From contig JBDTZG010000026.1 of NCBI GenBank assembly GCA_040005235.1, positions 13,354 to 77,353 on the forward strand: 64,000 nucleotides of DNA. The letters run 5' to 3'. Positions 8,995 to 18,914 of the stretch are shown here, piece after piece. The position numbers were made by a program, and so were the translations under genes. The notes under the pieces are model-generated. The model ran no database searches. It was not told where the DNA came from and saw only the letters and a program-made list of their open reading frames with translations. The stretch is from Acidobacteriota bacterium (GTDB lineage: Bacteria > Acidobacteriota > Thermoanaerobaculia > Multivoradales > UBA5704). How positions within the stretch are numbered: the first letter of the stretch is position 1; each line of letters starts with the position of its first letter.

Positions 8995-10616
8995 GCGCTC
9001 TCGGCGCTTCGATCGCCGCCCAGGTCGGGGCGGAGGTGCGCACGCGGCTCCGTTCGGCCGGCACCTTCGTGGCACTCGCGCTGTTCATGATTGGCGCCTA
9101 TCTCTGGATTCCGAATCCGGGCGGCAAGGCGACCTCGGTCTCCTGGCAACTGGCCGACGGCCGGCTGCAAACGAGCGTCCACAGTGCCGCCTATATCGGT
9201 TCGGCGATGTCGTTCCTCGGCGGCTTCTTCGCGGTCGCGATCGGCTTTTACCTGGTTGCCGGCTCGATCCGGCGCGACCGCCAACGAGGCATCGGCGCCA
9301 TCCTCGCGGCTACGCCACTGCCGAACGCCTCCTATCTCGGTGGCAAATTCCTCGCCCATGTCTGCTACCTGGCGTTGATGACCTCTCTGATCGTGCCGAT
9401 CGGGATCTACCACTGGCTGCGCTTCGGCGTCGGCCCGTTCGACCTGGTCGCTTTCTTAGGTCCGCTCGTCCTGCTCACTCTCCCCGGGATCGCATTCGTG
9501 TCCGCCATGGCGGTGCTGTTCGACGTCGCGCCGGGTCTGTCCGGGCGCTTCGGCCTGGTCGCCTGGTTTTTCACCCTCTCGATTTTCGTCGCGGCGCTGC
9601 CGATCGCCCAGGCCAGGAATCCGGTAACCGGGCTCAACGACCGCCTGCCGTTCTTCGATCCGATGGGCGGGACGACCGTTGCGGTGCTGATCGGCAAGTC
9701 GCTGCCGCAGGCGAAAGAGGGTTCGATCTCGACCGGGTTAATCTTCCGCGAGGGTCCGCCGATCGAGCAGGTGGCTTGGTCCGGCCTGCCGATCGACGCC
9801 CGCTTCGTGGCGCTCCGCCTGGGCGGCATCCTCTGGGGCCTTCTGCCGCTTGGCCTGGCGCTCCTGCTGTTCGACCGGTTCGATCCGGCGCGCCGTCGCC
9901 TCCGCCTGCCCAGTCCCGGGCGCGCGGCGAAAGAGGCGGCGGTGGCAGTGGCCGCGGAGAGCCCGGAGATTCCGCGAGCTCGCTTCGCCGATCTGGCGCC
10001 GATCCAGGTGAGCCCTTCCCGCACGCGGGCGGTGCTTGCCGATGCGCTCCTCCTCTGGCAGACCAGCTCGTTCCTCCGTTGGCCTTTGCTGCTCGCCGTC
10101 ATTTTGGCCGCCTTCGTTCCGGCCGGCGCGACCCCGATGCTCGGCGCAGCCTTTCTTCTCCTTCTGGCCGCGACGATCGCCGAAGCCCCCTGCCGAGAAG
10201 AGCTTGCCGGAGCGGCACCGCTCGTCTTCTCGCAACCCGGCGTGCCGCGCTCGACTGTGCTCTGGAAACTCGCCTCGGTCGGTCTGTTCAGTCTGATCGT
10301 CGGCGCGCCGTTCCTTCTCCGTTCGGCGTTGGCTTCACCGGCTCAAGGCTTCGCCGCCGTTTCCGGCCTGCTGTTCATGGCCGCGCTCGCGGCGAGCTTC
10401 GGGGTGCTCACCGGCGGGGGCAAGCTCTTCCTCGCCCTCTTCCTCGGCCTCTGGTACTGCTCGCTCAACCGGATTCCCTACCTGGACTTCTGCGGACTGT
10501 TCGGCGCGGATCTGGGGCTGCCGGTCCGCGCGGCGTATCTGGCGGCGGGGACGGTCTTCGTAGCTCTCGCGATGGCGGTCGAGACACGGCGGCGGGCGGG
10601 GGGCGTAGGACGCTGA
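8991..10616 (+). CDS. ABC-2-type membrane permease
   Basis: Multi-TM protein, translationally coupled (ATGA) to the ATPase. Confidence 0.8.
   Translation: MSALGASIAAQVGAEVRTRLRSAGTFVALALFMIGAYLWIPNPGGKATSVSWQLADGRLQTSVHSAAYIGSAMSFLGGFFAVAIGFYLVAGSIRRDRQRGIGAILAATPLPNASYLGGKFLAHVCYLALMTSLIVPIGIYHWLRFGVGPFDLVAFLGPLVLLTLPGIAFVSAMAVLFDVAPGLSGRFGLVAWFFTLSIFVAALPIAQARNPVTGLNDRLPFFDPMGGTTVAVLIGKSLPQAKEGSISTGLIFREGPPIEQVAWSGLPIDARFVALRLGGILWGLLPLGLALLLFDRFDPARRRLRLPSPGRAAKEAAVAVAAESPEIPRARFADLAPIQVSPSRTRAVLADALLLWQTSSFLRWPLLLAVILAAFVPAGATPMLGAAFLLLLAATIAEAPCREELAGAAPLVFSQPGVPRSTVLWKLASVGLFSLIVGAPFLLRSALASPAQGFAAVSGLLFMAALAASFGVLTGGGKLFLALFLGLWYCSLNRIPYLDFCGLFGADLGLPVRAAYLAAGTVFVALAMAVETRRRAGGVGR
10245..10604 (+). 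repeat. Direct repeat copy 1 (3' end of permease gene)
   Basis: CCGCGCTCGACTGTGCTCTGG... matches 15038-15400 at about 95% by eye. Confidence 0.95.
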
Positions 10617-10926
10617 CCGGCTGAGCTGAAGCCGCCGGTGACACTCGGCGAGCGGCCGAAGGCGAAGCTCTCGGCGATTGCCGCCGGGGCACTACGTAAC
10701 AGCAACGGACAAACCCCGGCGGGGATCTTCCTCGCCGGTGGCGCTAGACTAGACTAGATAATGCGCAATGATCGGGTCATGCAGAAGGTTCACTCGCGCC
10801 CGAGTTTCGAGCGGATCGGTTGCCCTGACCGGGCGATCTGCCGCCCCTGGCCTGCCTGACCAGGCACGAGCCTGGCCAGGGCCGAGCGGCAACCTCGAGC
10901 GGCGAAACTGAAGCACGAGCCACCCC

Positions 10927-11577
10927 TCATTCGCTCGCCGCCTCGGCGGGCGCTTTCGGTAGGAAGGCCACTACGAGCACAAATGGATAGTCCACGCCGG
11001 GGCTCTCGGTGTGGGGGGCGGCGTCAACGTCGAGGGGCAACTCGGTCAGGGTCTCCTGGACCGCCTCTGTCGTCAAGCGATCCGCGCGGCTGCTCACGAA
11101 TCGCCAGATCACCTGTGCCTGGGTCGCGGGCTCAAGGCGAAAGGGTCCGTCGTTGAAGGCCGCCGCGATCTCTCCTCGACACGGCGACGACGCGCCCGCG
11201 GGGCAGAGGCTGACCAGCGCCCTCTCCGCTTCGAGGCTTCGCCGCACCAGCGGATCGCACGTTTCGACCTCGCGCGACGGCACGGCAGCGCAAAGGCGAA
11301 TCCGCACCTCCCGTGAGGCTTCATCCACAACTTCTACCGGTGCTACGTAGGGAATGCCAATGTGCATGACGTCTCGCGAGCGAGCGCAGCGGATCAGCAC
11401 TGCGGTCGCCGACGTCATGACGGCTTGCTGTTGATCTGCGGAGAGCTGAGAATCGCGAGGGGCAGAGATGTCTGCGCACCATTCCACTCGCGACGGTACG
11501 GCGATGTCCAAGACTTCCGCGTGTGCGGCGAGTGCGGCAAGAAGCGAAATAGGCACCCAGAGTGCTGAACGGTTCAT
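10927..11577 (-). CDS. Secreted Cys-containing hypothetical protein (weak GyrI-like resemblance)
   Basis: Signal peptide MNRSALWVPISLLAALAAHA; GGGAGG RBS at the upstream gene's stop. The start could instead be GTG 11583. Confidence 0.65.
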   Translation of the reverse strand: MNRSALWVPISLLAALAAHAEVLDIAVPSRVEWCADISAPRDSQLSADQQQAVMTSATAVLIRCARSRDVMHIGIPYVAPVEVVDEASREVRIRLCAAVPSREVETCDPLVRRSLEAERALVSLCPAGASSPCRGEIAAAFNDGPFRLEPATQAQVIWRFVSSRADRLTTEAVQETLTELPLDVDAAPHTESPGVDYPFVLVVAFLPKAPAEAASE

Positions 11578-11594
11578 GTTCACGAAAGGCCTCC

Positions 11595-14500
11595 CTATAG
11601 TTGCCCGAGGCATAGCAGATTGCCCGTTGGAGTGGCCAACGAGCTGGCCAGAAACCCAACGCCCTTTGCAAGCCCCGTTGCAAGGGCAGACTCCGCCAGA
11701 TCGAAGGAACCGGACAGTAGCGGGTTAATGCTGACTCTGAGGATGTCGTCGATTAGGGGCACCGATGAGTCGACCTGCGGGGAGACGCCACCAGCCAACA
11801 GCACGCCCCCCGACAAGCTGGCGACCGAGACGATCCCGCGATTGCAGACGCGGAGCCTTCCATCCGCGAGCTGCAGCAGCGGGTTCGTCAGCATAGCTGT
11901 GGCGCCCAAAGCATGGACCTCGAACCTCTTGTGCCATTTCAAGGCGACCTTGTCGTGGAGCTTCGTCTTCCACTCGCAGCCCTCATATCGGACACAGCCG
12001 CAGATGCCAAACACGCACTTCGTCTCGGTGCAGCAGAGTCCAGACGTTGACACCCACTTCTCGGGAAGGACTTCGAACTCCTCTGGCTCGGTGTCGCACG
12101 ACGCACCGCTGGTGCTCTTGAGTAGAACTCCGAGCGGCGCCAGGTTGCCGGTCGCCGCGAAGTGGCCCTCTCGGACCATTACGTCGAGGGCGGCCCCTCC
12201 CGAGGCGTAGTTGTACTCGACAGGTATGTTCAGCTTGCAGAATGCTTCGGCAGGTATCGACGATGTAGCCCAGCCGGTGAACGCACCGACCTTGGCGGTT
12301 CCTTTGCCGGATAGCTGGTCAGAAAGCCCACTTGCCGTCGCCGAAATCTCAAACCCGGCATTGTCGTTGATGTGTGCTTCCCCGCTGACGCTCAACCGCC
12401 CGGATGCCCAGAAGGAGACATCCTGATACTTATACTGCACGGGTTCGCTCTGTGGCAACACGCTCACGGAAACGGCGCTCACAGTCAGTCGCGCTTCGCC
12501 AACCGCTACGTCGGTACCGAACTGAACAGCGGCGTTCCGAAGATCCAAGGAGAAACCGCTGAAGGTGACAGGGAGTAACGTCAGCGAATCTGCCAGCATG
12601 GCTGAGCCGCTCATCCGGTCGAGCTTGATCGGAGCGGCTGGTGTCGCCTCGAAGGCAACCTCGCTCGGTCGGTCTGCGGGCCGCGGATGCGAGACATGGG
12701 ACGAGTCGATGGTGAGGCCGGCCAGGCTGAACTCTGCCAGCTCGCCATTCGCTACCAGCGTCAGCTCCCGGAGTTTGATCCGCGGCGCGCTGATCAGGGT
12801 GCCGGAAAGATCGATAGTAGCCGACGGGTCGAGAAGGGCGAACTCGACATCCCTGGCCGCAAACTGGCCGCTCAACAGGGACACGTGCCCGGTCGCGAGG
12901 TCGAGGCCGATGCGCACCGTTCCCTGCGCCGAGAGCGCCAGCGTCGCACGCGCCTCTTTGCCCTTTTCGCCGATCCGGATGATGGGCTGCCCGAGGGCGA
13001 GTAGCTCGCTGCTAATGGTGAGTGCGCCAGTGGTCTCTTTGCCCACCGCGAGCGGCGTCGCGTTGGTGAGCACCACTCCAGCCGAAGCGAAGGATGGTGT
13101 GGCCCCCGCCATGAATGGCTTCGTGGCGACCGTGCTGGCCAAGGTCAGTCGCAGGCCATCGGCTGGCACCTCCAGGCGGCTCTTCTCGAGCTCGGGCCAC
13201 TGGAGAGCCACAACACCGGAAAGGTTTCCCTCGGTGATCGATGCCGAGAGCAGGGCCTCTTGGTTGTCGTCGAAAATCGTCACCGAGGATCCCACAGGCG
13301 GAAGGGCGATCGCGAGTGGAATCCGTATCTCGATTCCGACCGCGCCTAAGGTGAACGGGAGTGATATCCCTTGAGAGATCTCGACGCGCCCGATCTTGAA
13401 GCGTGACGCAACGAGCCTGCCCTGGGTTCTCATACTGTTGGGCGCACCGCTGACCTCTAGATGGAGCGTCTCGGCGGATTCGGCAGGAACGAGAAAGGAG
13501 AGGGCCGGCAAGTCGGGGCGCGACCAGTCGATTTTCCCATCGACTATCTTGGAGTCGAGCTTTGCGAAATGAGCCTTGACGCCACCCCGAACCAGTACGG
13601 CGTCCCCCGTCGTCTTGACCTCACCCCGATCGGACTCCAAGGCAACGTCGCTGCTCGAGAGCGCCGACAGCACCAAGCCCTGGCCCGCAGGTGCTTCGAC
13701 CACTGAAGTCAGCTCTTTGACGTGGAGCGTCGGACGGTCCAGAGCCGCCGTGTCGGTGTCTCGCACGAACACGGCGGTGCCAGCCGTCCCTTCCAAGTTA
13801 TGCACAATCGCTGTCGACTGCCCACCTATGGTCTTGATCTCGAAGTTCTGAACCTTTAGCGTGGCCTCTCGGAGAACGACGGGCCCCAGCGCTAGCTCGG
13901 CAGCGGCAAAGGAGACGAGTGAGGTGCTGCGCATCCTTGCCTTCCAGAATCGCGCGAGGCGCTTGGCGAGGTCGAGATGCACGGTCACGTTCTCGGTGTC
14001 CGGCGAGATGGGCGCGAGGTCTGCAGTCGTCACGGCGCCACCCGGGAGAGTGATGGCAGCGCCCATGACATTGCGTTTCCAGGCCTCGATCTGCAACGTG
14101 CCCTCGAGCCGGTCCGGCAAGGCGAGGACCCGGGTCACGTTCTCGACGTAAAGCAGGGCGCCGGCGAGAGGCATGGTGCCTCCGGCGAGGCTGATGGTAC
14201 CGGACTGAACACGGCTCAGCGTCGCCTTGAACTGGCGGGCATCGATCTGAAACCGATTCCCGCCCCCGTTGTTGGAGCGGAATAGCTGTGCGTTCAGGAT
14301 TGGAAGAGCTTGGATGGTTCCCGCGAGCAGAAGGTGGATCCCCTTTTTCTCGGCTTCCAGGGCAATCTCCTCGCAGCTGAGCTGGGCTTCCTGGTCCGGC
14401 AAGGTGCTATCGAAAATGAACAATCCCGCCCGGGAGCGCCTTGCAGGGTCGAGCTCATAGCTCCAGGGTACCCACATGCCATCGGGCTTCGGATTGGCGC

Positions 14501-14819
14501 GTGCTGAATCGCTCTGTCCGCGGACGCCATCCAAGCAGAGCGAGCCGATGGTCACGCCACCCTTGCTTGCCGGCGAGGCCGCCCAAACAGGGTGCTCACC
14601 GACCGCGGCCAGGAACATCATTAGGGCGCAGATCAACGCGATATCAAGAAGGGCGCCAGATTTTCTTCCCACGACGACTCGCCATCGAGATCGAACCGAC
14701 GCCGGGCGGGCGGCGCCACCTCCAGATTCATCCGGACGAGTTGCTTGCTCAGTAGCTGCACCCGCAAGCAGTTGCTTGACGCCCCCACTCCAGGAACGAC
14801 CGATAATCCACGGGACCAT
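11595..14819 (-). CDS. 1074-aa beta-strand-rich exported orphan protein with Cys-rich C-terminal motif
   Basis: Long open frame with AAGGAGG RBS before ATG 14819, a hydrophobic signal/anchor (LLDIALICALMMFLAAVG), and the motif GLCCTETKCVFGICGCVRYEGC. Confidence 0.7.
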   Translation of the reverse strand: MVPWIIGRSWSGGVKQLLAGAATEQATRPDESGGGAARPASVRSRWRVVVGRKSGALLDIALICALMMFLAAVGEHPVWAASPASKGGVTIGSLCLDGVRGQSDSARANPKPDGMWVPWSYELDPARRSRAGLFIFDSTLPDQEAQLSCEEIALEAEKKGIHLLLAGTIQALPILNAQLFRSNNGGGNRFQIDARQFKATLSRVQSGTISLAGGTMPLAGALLYVENVTRVLALPDRLEGTLQIEAWKRNVMGAAITLPGGAVTTADLAPISPDTENVTVHLDLAKRLARFWKARMRSTSLVSFAAAELALGPVVLREATLKVQNFEIKTIGGQSTAIVHNLEGTAGTAVFVRDTDTAALDRPTLHVKELTSVVEAPAGQGLVLSALSSSDVALESDRGEVKTTGDAVLVRGGVKAHFAKLDSKIVDGKIDWSRPDLPALSFLVPAESAETLHLEVSGAPNSMRTQGRLVASRFKIGRVEISQGISLPFTLGAVGIEIRIPLAIALPPVGSSVTIFDDNQEALLSASITEGNLSGVVALQWPELEKSRLEVPADGLRLTLASTVATKPFMAGATPSFASAGVVLTNATPLAVGKETTGALTISSELLALGQPIIRIGEKGKEARATLALSAQGTVRIGLDLATGHVSLLSGQFAARDVEFALLDPSATIDLSGTLISAPRIKLRELTLVANGELAEFSLAGLTIDSSHVSHPRPADRPSEVAFEATPAAPIKLDRMSGSAMLADSLTLLPVTFSGFSLDLRNAAVQFGTDVAVGEARLTVSAVSVSVLPQSEPVQYKYQDVSFWASGRLSVSGEAHINDNAGFEISATASGLSDQLSGKGTAKVGAFTGWATSSIPAEAFCKLNIPVEYNYASGGAALDVMVREGHFAATGNLAPLGVLLKSTSGASCDTEPEEFEVLPEKWVSTSGLCCTETKCVFGICGCVRYEGCEWKTKLHDKVALKWHKRFEVHALGATAMLTNPLLQLADGRLRVCNRGIVSVASLSGGVLLAGGVSPQVDSSVPLIDDILRVSINPLLSGSFDLAESALATGLAKGVGFLASSLATPTGNLLCLGQL

Positions 14820-15037
14820 GTCTAGGCCTCCTTTAAGTTGTAAAACGAACGAGGCACCGAATCCGAACAAGTCACGTGCCTTAAGCCGTTCGTTGGAATA
14901 GACGGACCCTGGTTGCGGATTCGGGTCGGGTGGAACGGTCTCTGGCTGAAGGCTGGCGGCGGATGACACGAAGCCGTCGGAGGGCGCCGCGGGCTGGCTA
15001 GCCGATGAGGCCGTTGGTGGGCGGCGGCGTGGTGTTA

Positions 15038-15400
15038 CCGCGCTCGACCGTGCTCTGGAAGCTCGCCTCGGTCGGTCTATTCAGTCTGATCGTCGGCGCG
15101 CCGTTCCTTCTCCGCTCGGCACTGGCTTCACCGGCTCAAGGCTTCGCCGCCCTTTCCGGCCTGCTATTCATGGCCGCGCTCGCCGCGAGCTTCGGGGTGC
15201 TCACCGGAGGGGGCAAGCTCTTCCTCGCCCTTTTTCTCGGCCTCTGGTACTGCTCACTCAACCGGATCCCCTACCTCGACTTCTGCGGGCTGTTCGGCGC
15301 GGATCTTGGACTGCCGGTCCGCGCGGCGTATCTGGCGGCGGGAACGGTCTTCGTAGCTCTCGCGATGGCGGTCGAGGCGCGGCGGCGGGCGGGGGGGTAG
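15038..15400 (+). pseudogene. Direct repeat copy 2: orphaned 3' fragment of the ABC permease gene
   Basis: Encodes PRSTVLWKLASVG...AVEARRRAGG*, nearly identical to the permease C-terminus, with no 5' part. Confidence 0.9.
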
Positions 15401-15411
15401 GCGCTAAAACG

Positions 15412-15451
15412 AAAAAAGCGGGTGGCTCCTCCTCGGAGCCACCCGCCTTTT
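15412..15451. terminator. Bidirectional rho-independent terminator
   Basis: A6-GCGGGTGGCTCC-loop-GGAGCCACCCGC-CTTTT. Confidence 0.85.
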
Positions 15452-15474
15452 AGAACTTCGATTCGTTGCGAGCT

Positions 15475-16572
15475 CTAGACCGTGCGGCGACGCAGCGCGA
15501 AGAACGACGCGCCGGCGAGCAGCAGGGCGAGGGCCGCGAGGCCGAAGCCGGAGGCGGTCGGAATCTCGGTGACGCCGCGCGCTTCGAAGTTCACGATGTT
15601 CGAGCGCTCTGCCGGAGTCAGGCAGTCGAGCGCTGCACCGCCGAGGCCCGCAAGCGCCGCCGACTTGGCCAGCGCCGCGGCGCGGGTGGGCTGGACAACT
15701 CCGTAGTTGACGATGATCTTGGTTTCGCCGGGCGCGAGAGTGAAGTTGTAGGCCCAAGTCGGGAAATCCGACGACGCGCCAACGGGGAAAGTCACGCTCG
15801 AAACGGGGGTCCGAGCACCTGGACCCTGGAGGACATGTCCCAGTCGCGGATCATTGGCATCCATGCCGGTGAAGTTTCCGTCCGTAGCGACCCAGCTATC
15901 GGTCAATTCAGCGGTCGTGTTGCCATTCGACGAGCCAAAGATGGTGGTGTTTTCTTGCGAGCCAAGATTGTTCGCGATGACTGCGGTGACCGACTGCGAA
16001 CCGCCGCCGGTGTTGGTGAAGATGTTCACCCACCGTGCAAACTGGTCATTGTCCGGGACGAAGATCTTCCGCTGCACCTGGATGCTGCCGATCGTCTGCG
16101 GCGGGTTGATCACCTGACGGTCGTTGCAGTCGAGCGACGCCTGGCCGTTCTGGGTGTAGAGCGTGTAATTCGCCACGTCGGAGGCAACGCACGGGCCGAC
16201 CGCCCCGGTGAAGCTGACGCAAAGCGAGTTGTAGCCATCGTAGGCATCAGTGAGTGTGGCGGACACGGACCCGCCGCCCGAGGTGTCGGCATTGACCGGA
16301 CCGGTGAAATTAGCCTCGGTCGCGGCGCCTGAGCCGCTGAAAGTCGTGGAGAAGGGCAGGTCCGTATTGATAAAATACTGTACACCCGCGGCGTCGACGA
16401 GTTCCTTGTCACCGAAGCTCTTGATCAGGGCCCGGTCGCGGCGGTGGCCACTGTGCCTCAACTTCTCGGTGGCGCGAATTCGGGCGAGACGACCGCTTTC
16501 GATGACCGCGACGTCCGCAAAGGCGGAGCCCGCCATCAAGAGTCCTACTAGACCAGCAACGGCGCGTTTCAT
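15475..16572 (-). CDS. Secreted surface protein with IPTL-CTERM-type sorting signal
   Basis: Signal peptide MKRAVAGLVGLLMAGSAFA and GGAGGAG RBS. The C-terminus is EIPTASGFG + TM + RRR. Confidence 0.85.
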   Translation of the reverse strand: MKRAVAGLVGLLMAGSAFADVAVIESGRLARIRATEKLRHSGHRRDRALIKSFGDKELVDAAGVQYFINTDLPFSTTFSGSGAATEANFTGPVNADTSGGGSVSATLTDAYDGYNSLCVSFTGAVGPCVASDVANYTLYTQNGQASLDCNDRQVINPPQTIGSIQVQRKIFVPDNDQFARWVNIFTNTGGGSQSVTAVIANNLGSQENTTIFGSSNGNTTAELTDSWVATDGNFTGMDANDPRLGHVLQGPGARTPVSSVTFPVGASSDFPTWAYNFTLAPGETKIIVNYGVVQPTRAAALAKSAALAGLGGAALDCLTPAERSNIVNFEARGVTEIPTASGFGLAALALLLAGASFFALRRRTV

Positions 16573-16620
16573 GCGTATTCTCCTCCTGCTACCAACTTCC
16601 GTGGCTGGTAGGATGGGTAA

Positions 16621-18906
16621 ATGGAAATCGGACAAAAGGAGAAGTGCGGGCTTTGGGTACAACCGGGACACCTTCGTCGTGCGTACATTACGGCGTTTTT
16701 TCGAGCGCTCTGTGCCGTTTCCTTGGGATTCTGGGGCTTGGTGTCGTCCGGCTGCGCCCGTCCCAAGATCGAGAACGTCCTCATCATAACCCTCGATACG
16801 ACCCGGGCGGATCACCTCGGGGCTTATGGTTTCACCCTCGCGCGCACGCCCAATATCGATCGGATGGCCCAAGAGGGGACGCGGTTCGCCGACGCCATCT
16901 CCGCGGCACCGATCACCATGCCTTCTCATTCGACGATCTTTACCGGCCTCTTGCCGCCCGCCCACGGCGTCCGCGACAACGGCTCGTACGCCCTGGGCGA
17001 CGGGGCGACCACGCTCGCCGAGCGCTTTTTGGCCGCCGGCTACCGGACCCAGGCGTTCGTGTCCGCGCTGGTCTTGAATCGTCGCTATAACTTGAACCAG
17101 GGATTCGAGGGGTACGACGACGATCTGTGGGCCGAAGACGAGCCGCCGATGTTCATGATCCGCTCCCGTTCCGCGCCGAAGACGGCGGAGAGGGCGGTCC
17201 GCTGGTTCGAGGGGTGGCATCGCGAGAAGGTGAAGAAGCCGTTCTTCGTCTGGGTCCATTTCTTCGATCCGCACCAGCCGAACAATCCCCCGCTGGCGGA
17301 ACAGGCCAAGTGGCCTTCCGCCTACGACGCCGAGATCGCGGTCGCCGACCGGGGGGTCGGCATGCTGCTCGATGAATTGAAGAAGCTCGGCGCGCTCGAC
17401 CGAACGCTGGTGGTGCTCACGGCGGATCACGGCGAGAGCCTCGGCGAGCATGGCGAGAAGACCCACGCCATCTTCATCTACGACGCCACGGTCCACGTGC
17501 CGCTGATCGTGCGCGCTCCGGGCGTGGTGCCGGAGGGCAAGGTCTACGGCGGCCCCGTGCGTAGCGAGGACATCGCGCCGACGGTGCTCGCGGCGCTCAA
17601 ACTGCCGGGCGGCGGCGAGATGCAGGGAATCGACCTGCTCCCGGCGGTTCGCGGGGCGGTGCCCCCTCCCGATTTGCCGCAGTACTCCGAATCGCTCACC
17701 GCGGAGGTCGGTTTCGGCATGGCGCCGCTCTACGGCGTGCGCCGGGGAGGCTGGAAGTGGATTCGCGCGCCGCGGCCGGAGCTGTACGACCTCGCGGGCG
17801 ATCCCAAAGAACTCGCGAACCGCATACCGGCCGAAGCGCGGCGCGGCGCGGCGCTCGACGGCGAGCTGCAGAAGATCCTGGACGACAGCCGCCGCCACGC
17901 GATCGCTGCGAAGCAGAACCCGATGGACAAGGAGACCGAGGAGACGTTGCGCGCGCTCGGCTATCTCGCGCCCCAAGGGGAGAAGGAGGGGATGGGCGGC
18001 ATCGACCCCAAGAATGGCATGGTGCTCTATCAGAAGCTCGAGGATGCCCGGCATCTGGCGCAGGACGACCATTGGCCCGAGGCCGAGAAGGCCCTGCGCG
18101 AAATCCTCGCGGTCACTCCGAGGAACGTCACCTGCTGGAACATTCTCGCCTTGGCCCGCCTGCACCAAAAGGATGGCGAAGGGGCACGGGACGCCTATCG
18201 CCATTCGCTCGCCATCTCGCCCGACCAGGCCCGTGTCTACTCGATGCTCGGTGCGATCGGTCTGCTGCAGGGCGACCTCGACGGGGCGGAGAAGGAGTTC
18301 GACCGCGCTCTGGTGCTCTCGCCTGGATTCGTCGAGGCGATGTCGAACTTGGGGCTGATCGCCGCCCTTCGCGGCGACCAAGCCAAGGCGAAGAGCCTGA
18401 ACGAAAAAGCGCTCGCGCTCGATCCGAGCTTTCCCCGCGCCTACCGCCGGCTGGCCGACCTCGCGTATGAGCAGGGGGAATGGGGGCGAGCGCTCGCGAA
18501 CTACCGCAAGGTGATCCAAGTGGAACCCTCCGATTTCGCCGCGCTCGTCCAGGCGGGCAACTCGGCGCGGCGGTTGAACCAGCCGGCCGAGGCCGAAAAG
18601 TTCTTCCGCAAGGCCGCAAAGCTGCGCCCCGACAGCTGGGTGCCGGGCTACAACCTGGCCTGCTTAAAGGCGGTCCGGGGCGACGCGCCGGCCGCACTCG
18701 CGGAGCTCGGAAAACTGGTCGCGCCCGGCGGGCCGGGATTTCACCGCGTGGATCTGCTCGATCACGACGCCGACCTGGCCGCCCTTCGCATCCTGCCGGG
18801 CTATCCCGGCGTGCGTCAGAAAACGGAAGCCGCGGCGAAAGAGTTTGCCGCCACCCGGCAAGAAGAGAGCGAGGAAGGCGCGGAGCTGACCTCGTCGGTG
18901 CCCTGA
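16621..18906 (+). CDS. Sulfatase-like (alkaline phosphatase superfamily) hydrolase with TPR repeats
   Basis: IITLDTTRADHLG, PITMPSHSTIFTG, VHFFDPH and TADHGESLGEHGE, followed by TPRs. Possible lipobox VSSGC. Start uncertain. Confidence 0.85.
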   Translation: MEIGQKEKCGLWVQPGHLRRAYITAFFRALCAVSLGFWGLVSSGCARPKIENVLIITLDTTRADHLGAYGFTLARTPNIDRMAQEGTRFADAISAAPITMPSHSTIFTGLLPPAHGVRDNGSYALGDGATTLAERFLAAGYRTQAFVSALVLNRRYNLNQGFEGYDDDLWAEDEPPMFMIRSRSAPKTAERAVRWFEGWHREKVKKPFFVWVHFFDPHQPNNPPLAEQAKWPSAYDAEIAVADRGVGMLLDELKKLGALDRTLVVLTADHGESLGEHGEKTHAIFIYDATVHVPLIVRAPGVVPEGKVYGGPVRSEDIAPTVLAALKLPGGGEMQGIDLLPAVRGAVPPPDLPQYSESLTAEVGFGMAPLYGVRRGGWKWIRAPRPELYDLAGDPKELANRIPAEARRGAALDGELQKILDDSRRHAIAAKQNPMDKETEETLRALGYLAPQGEKEGMGGIDPKNGMVLYQKLEDARHLAQDDHWPEAEKALREILAVTPRNVTCWNILALARLHQKDGEGARDAYRHSLAISPDQARVYSMLGAIGLLQGDLDGAEKEFDRALVLSPGFVEAMSNLGLIAALRGDQAKAKSLNEKALALDPSFPRAYRRLADLAYEQGEWGRALANYRKVIQVEPSDFAALVQAGNSARRLNQPAEAEKFFRKAAKLRPDSWVPGYNLACLKAVRGDAPAALAELGKLVAPGGPGFHRVDLLDHDADLAALRILPGYPGVRQKTEAAAKEFAATRQEESEEGAELTSSVP

Positions 18907-18914
18907 ACGGCTAA

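Larger units (their letters stand above)
10617..15037. mobile_element. Inserted two-gene island without integrase, bracketed by the duplicated permease 3' end
   Basis: Flanking ~363-bp direct repeats; lower GC and weaker codon bias than the backbone. Confidence 0.65.

Noticed and set aside
10744-10760. CTAGA x3 microsatellite near the island's left end
   Set aside because: Too short to assign a function, and no convincing downstream gene.
10245-15400. Duplicated 363-bp segment as a DGR template/variable repeat pair
   Set aside because: Mismatches are not confined to adenines, are mostly synonymous, and no reverse transcriptase is present.
16573-18519. N-terminal 649 aa of the 1014-aa minus-strand ORF
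   Set aside because: Antisense shadow of the sulfatase-TPR gene. The real gene starts at 16572 with an RBS and signal peptide.
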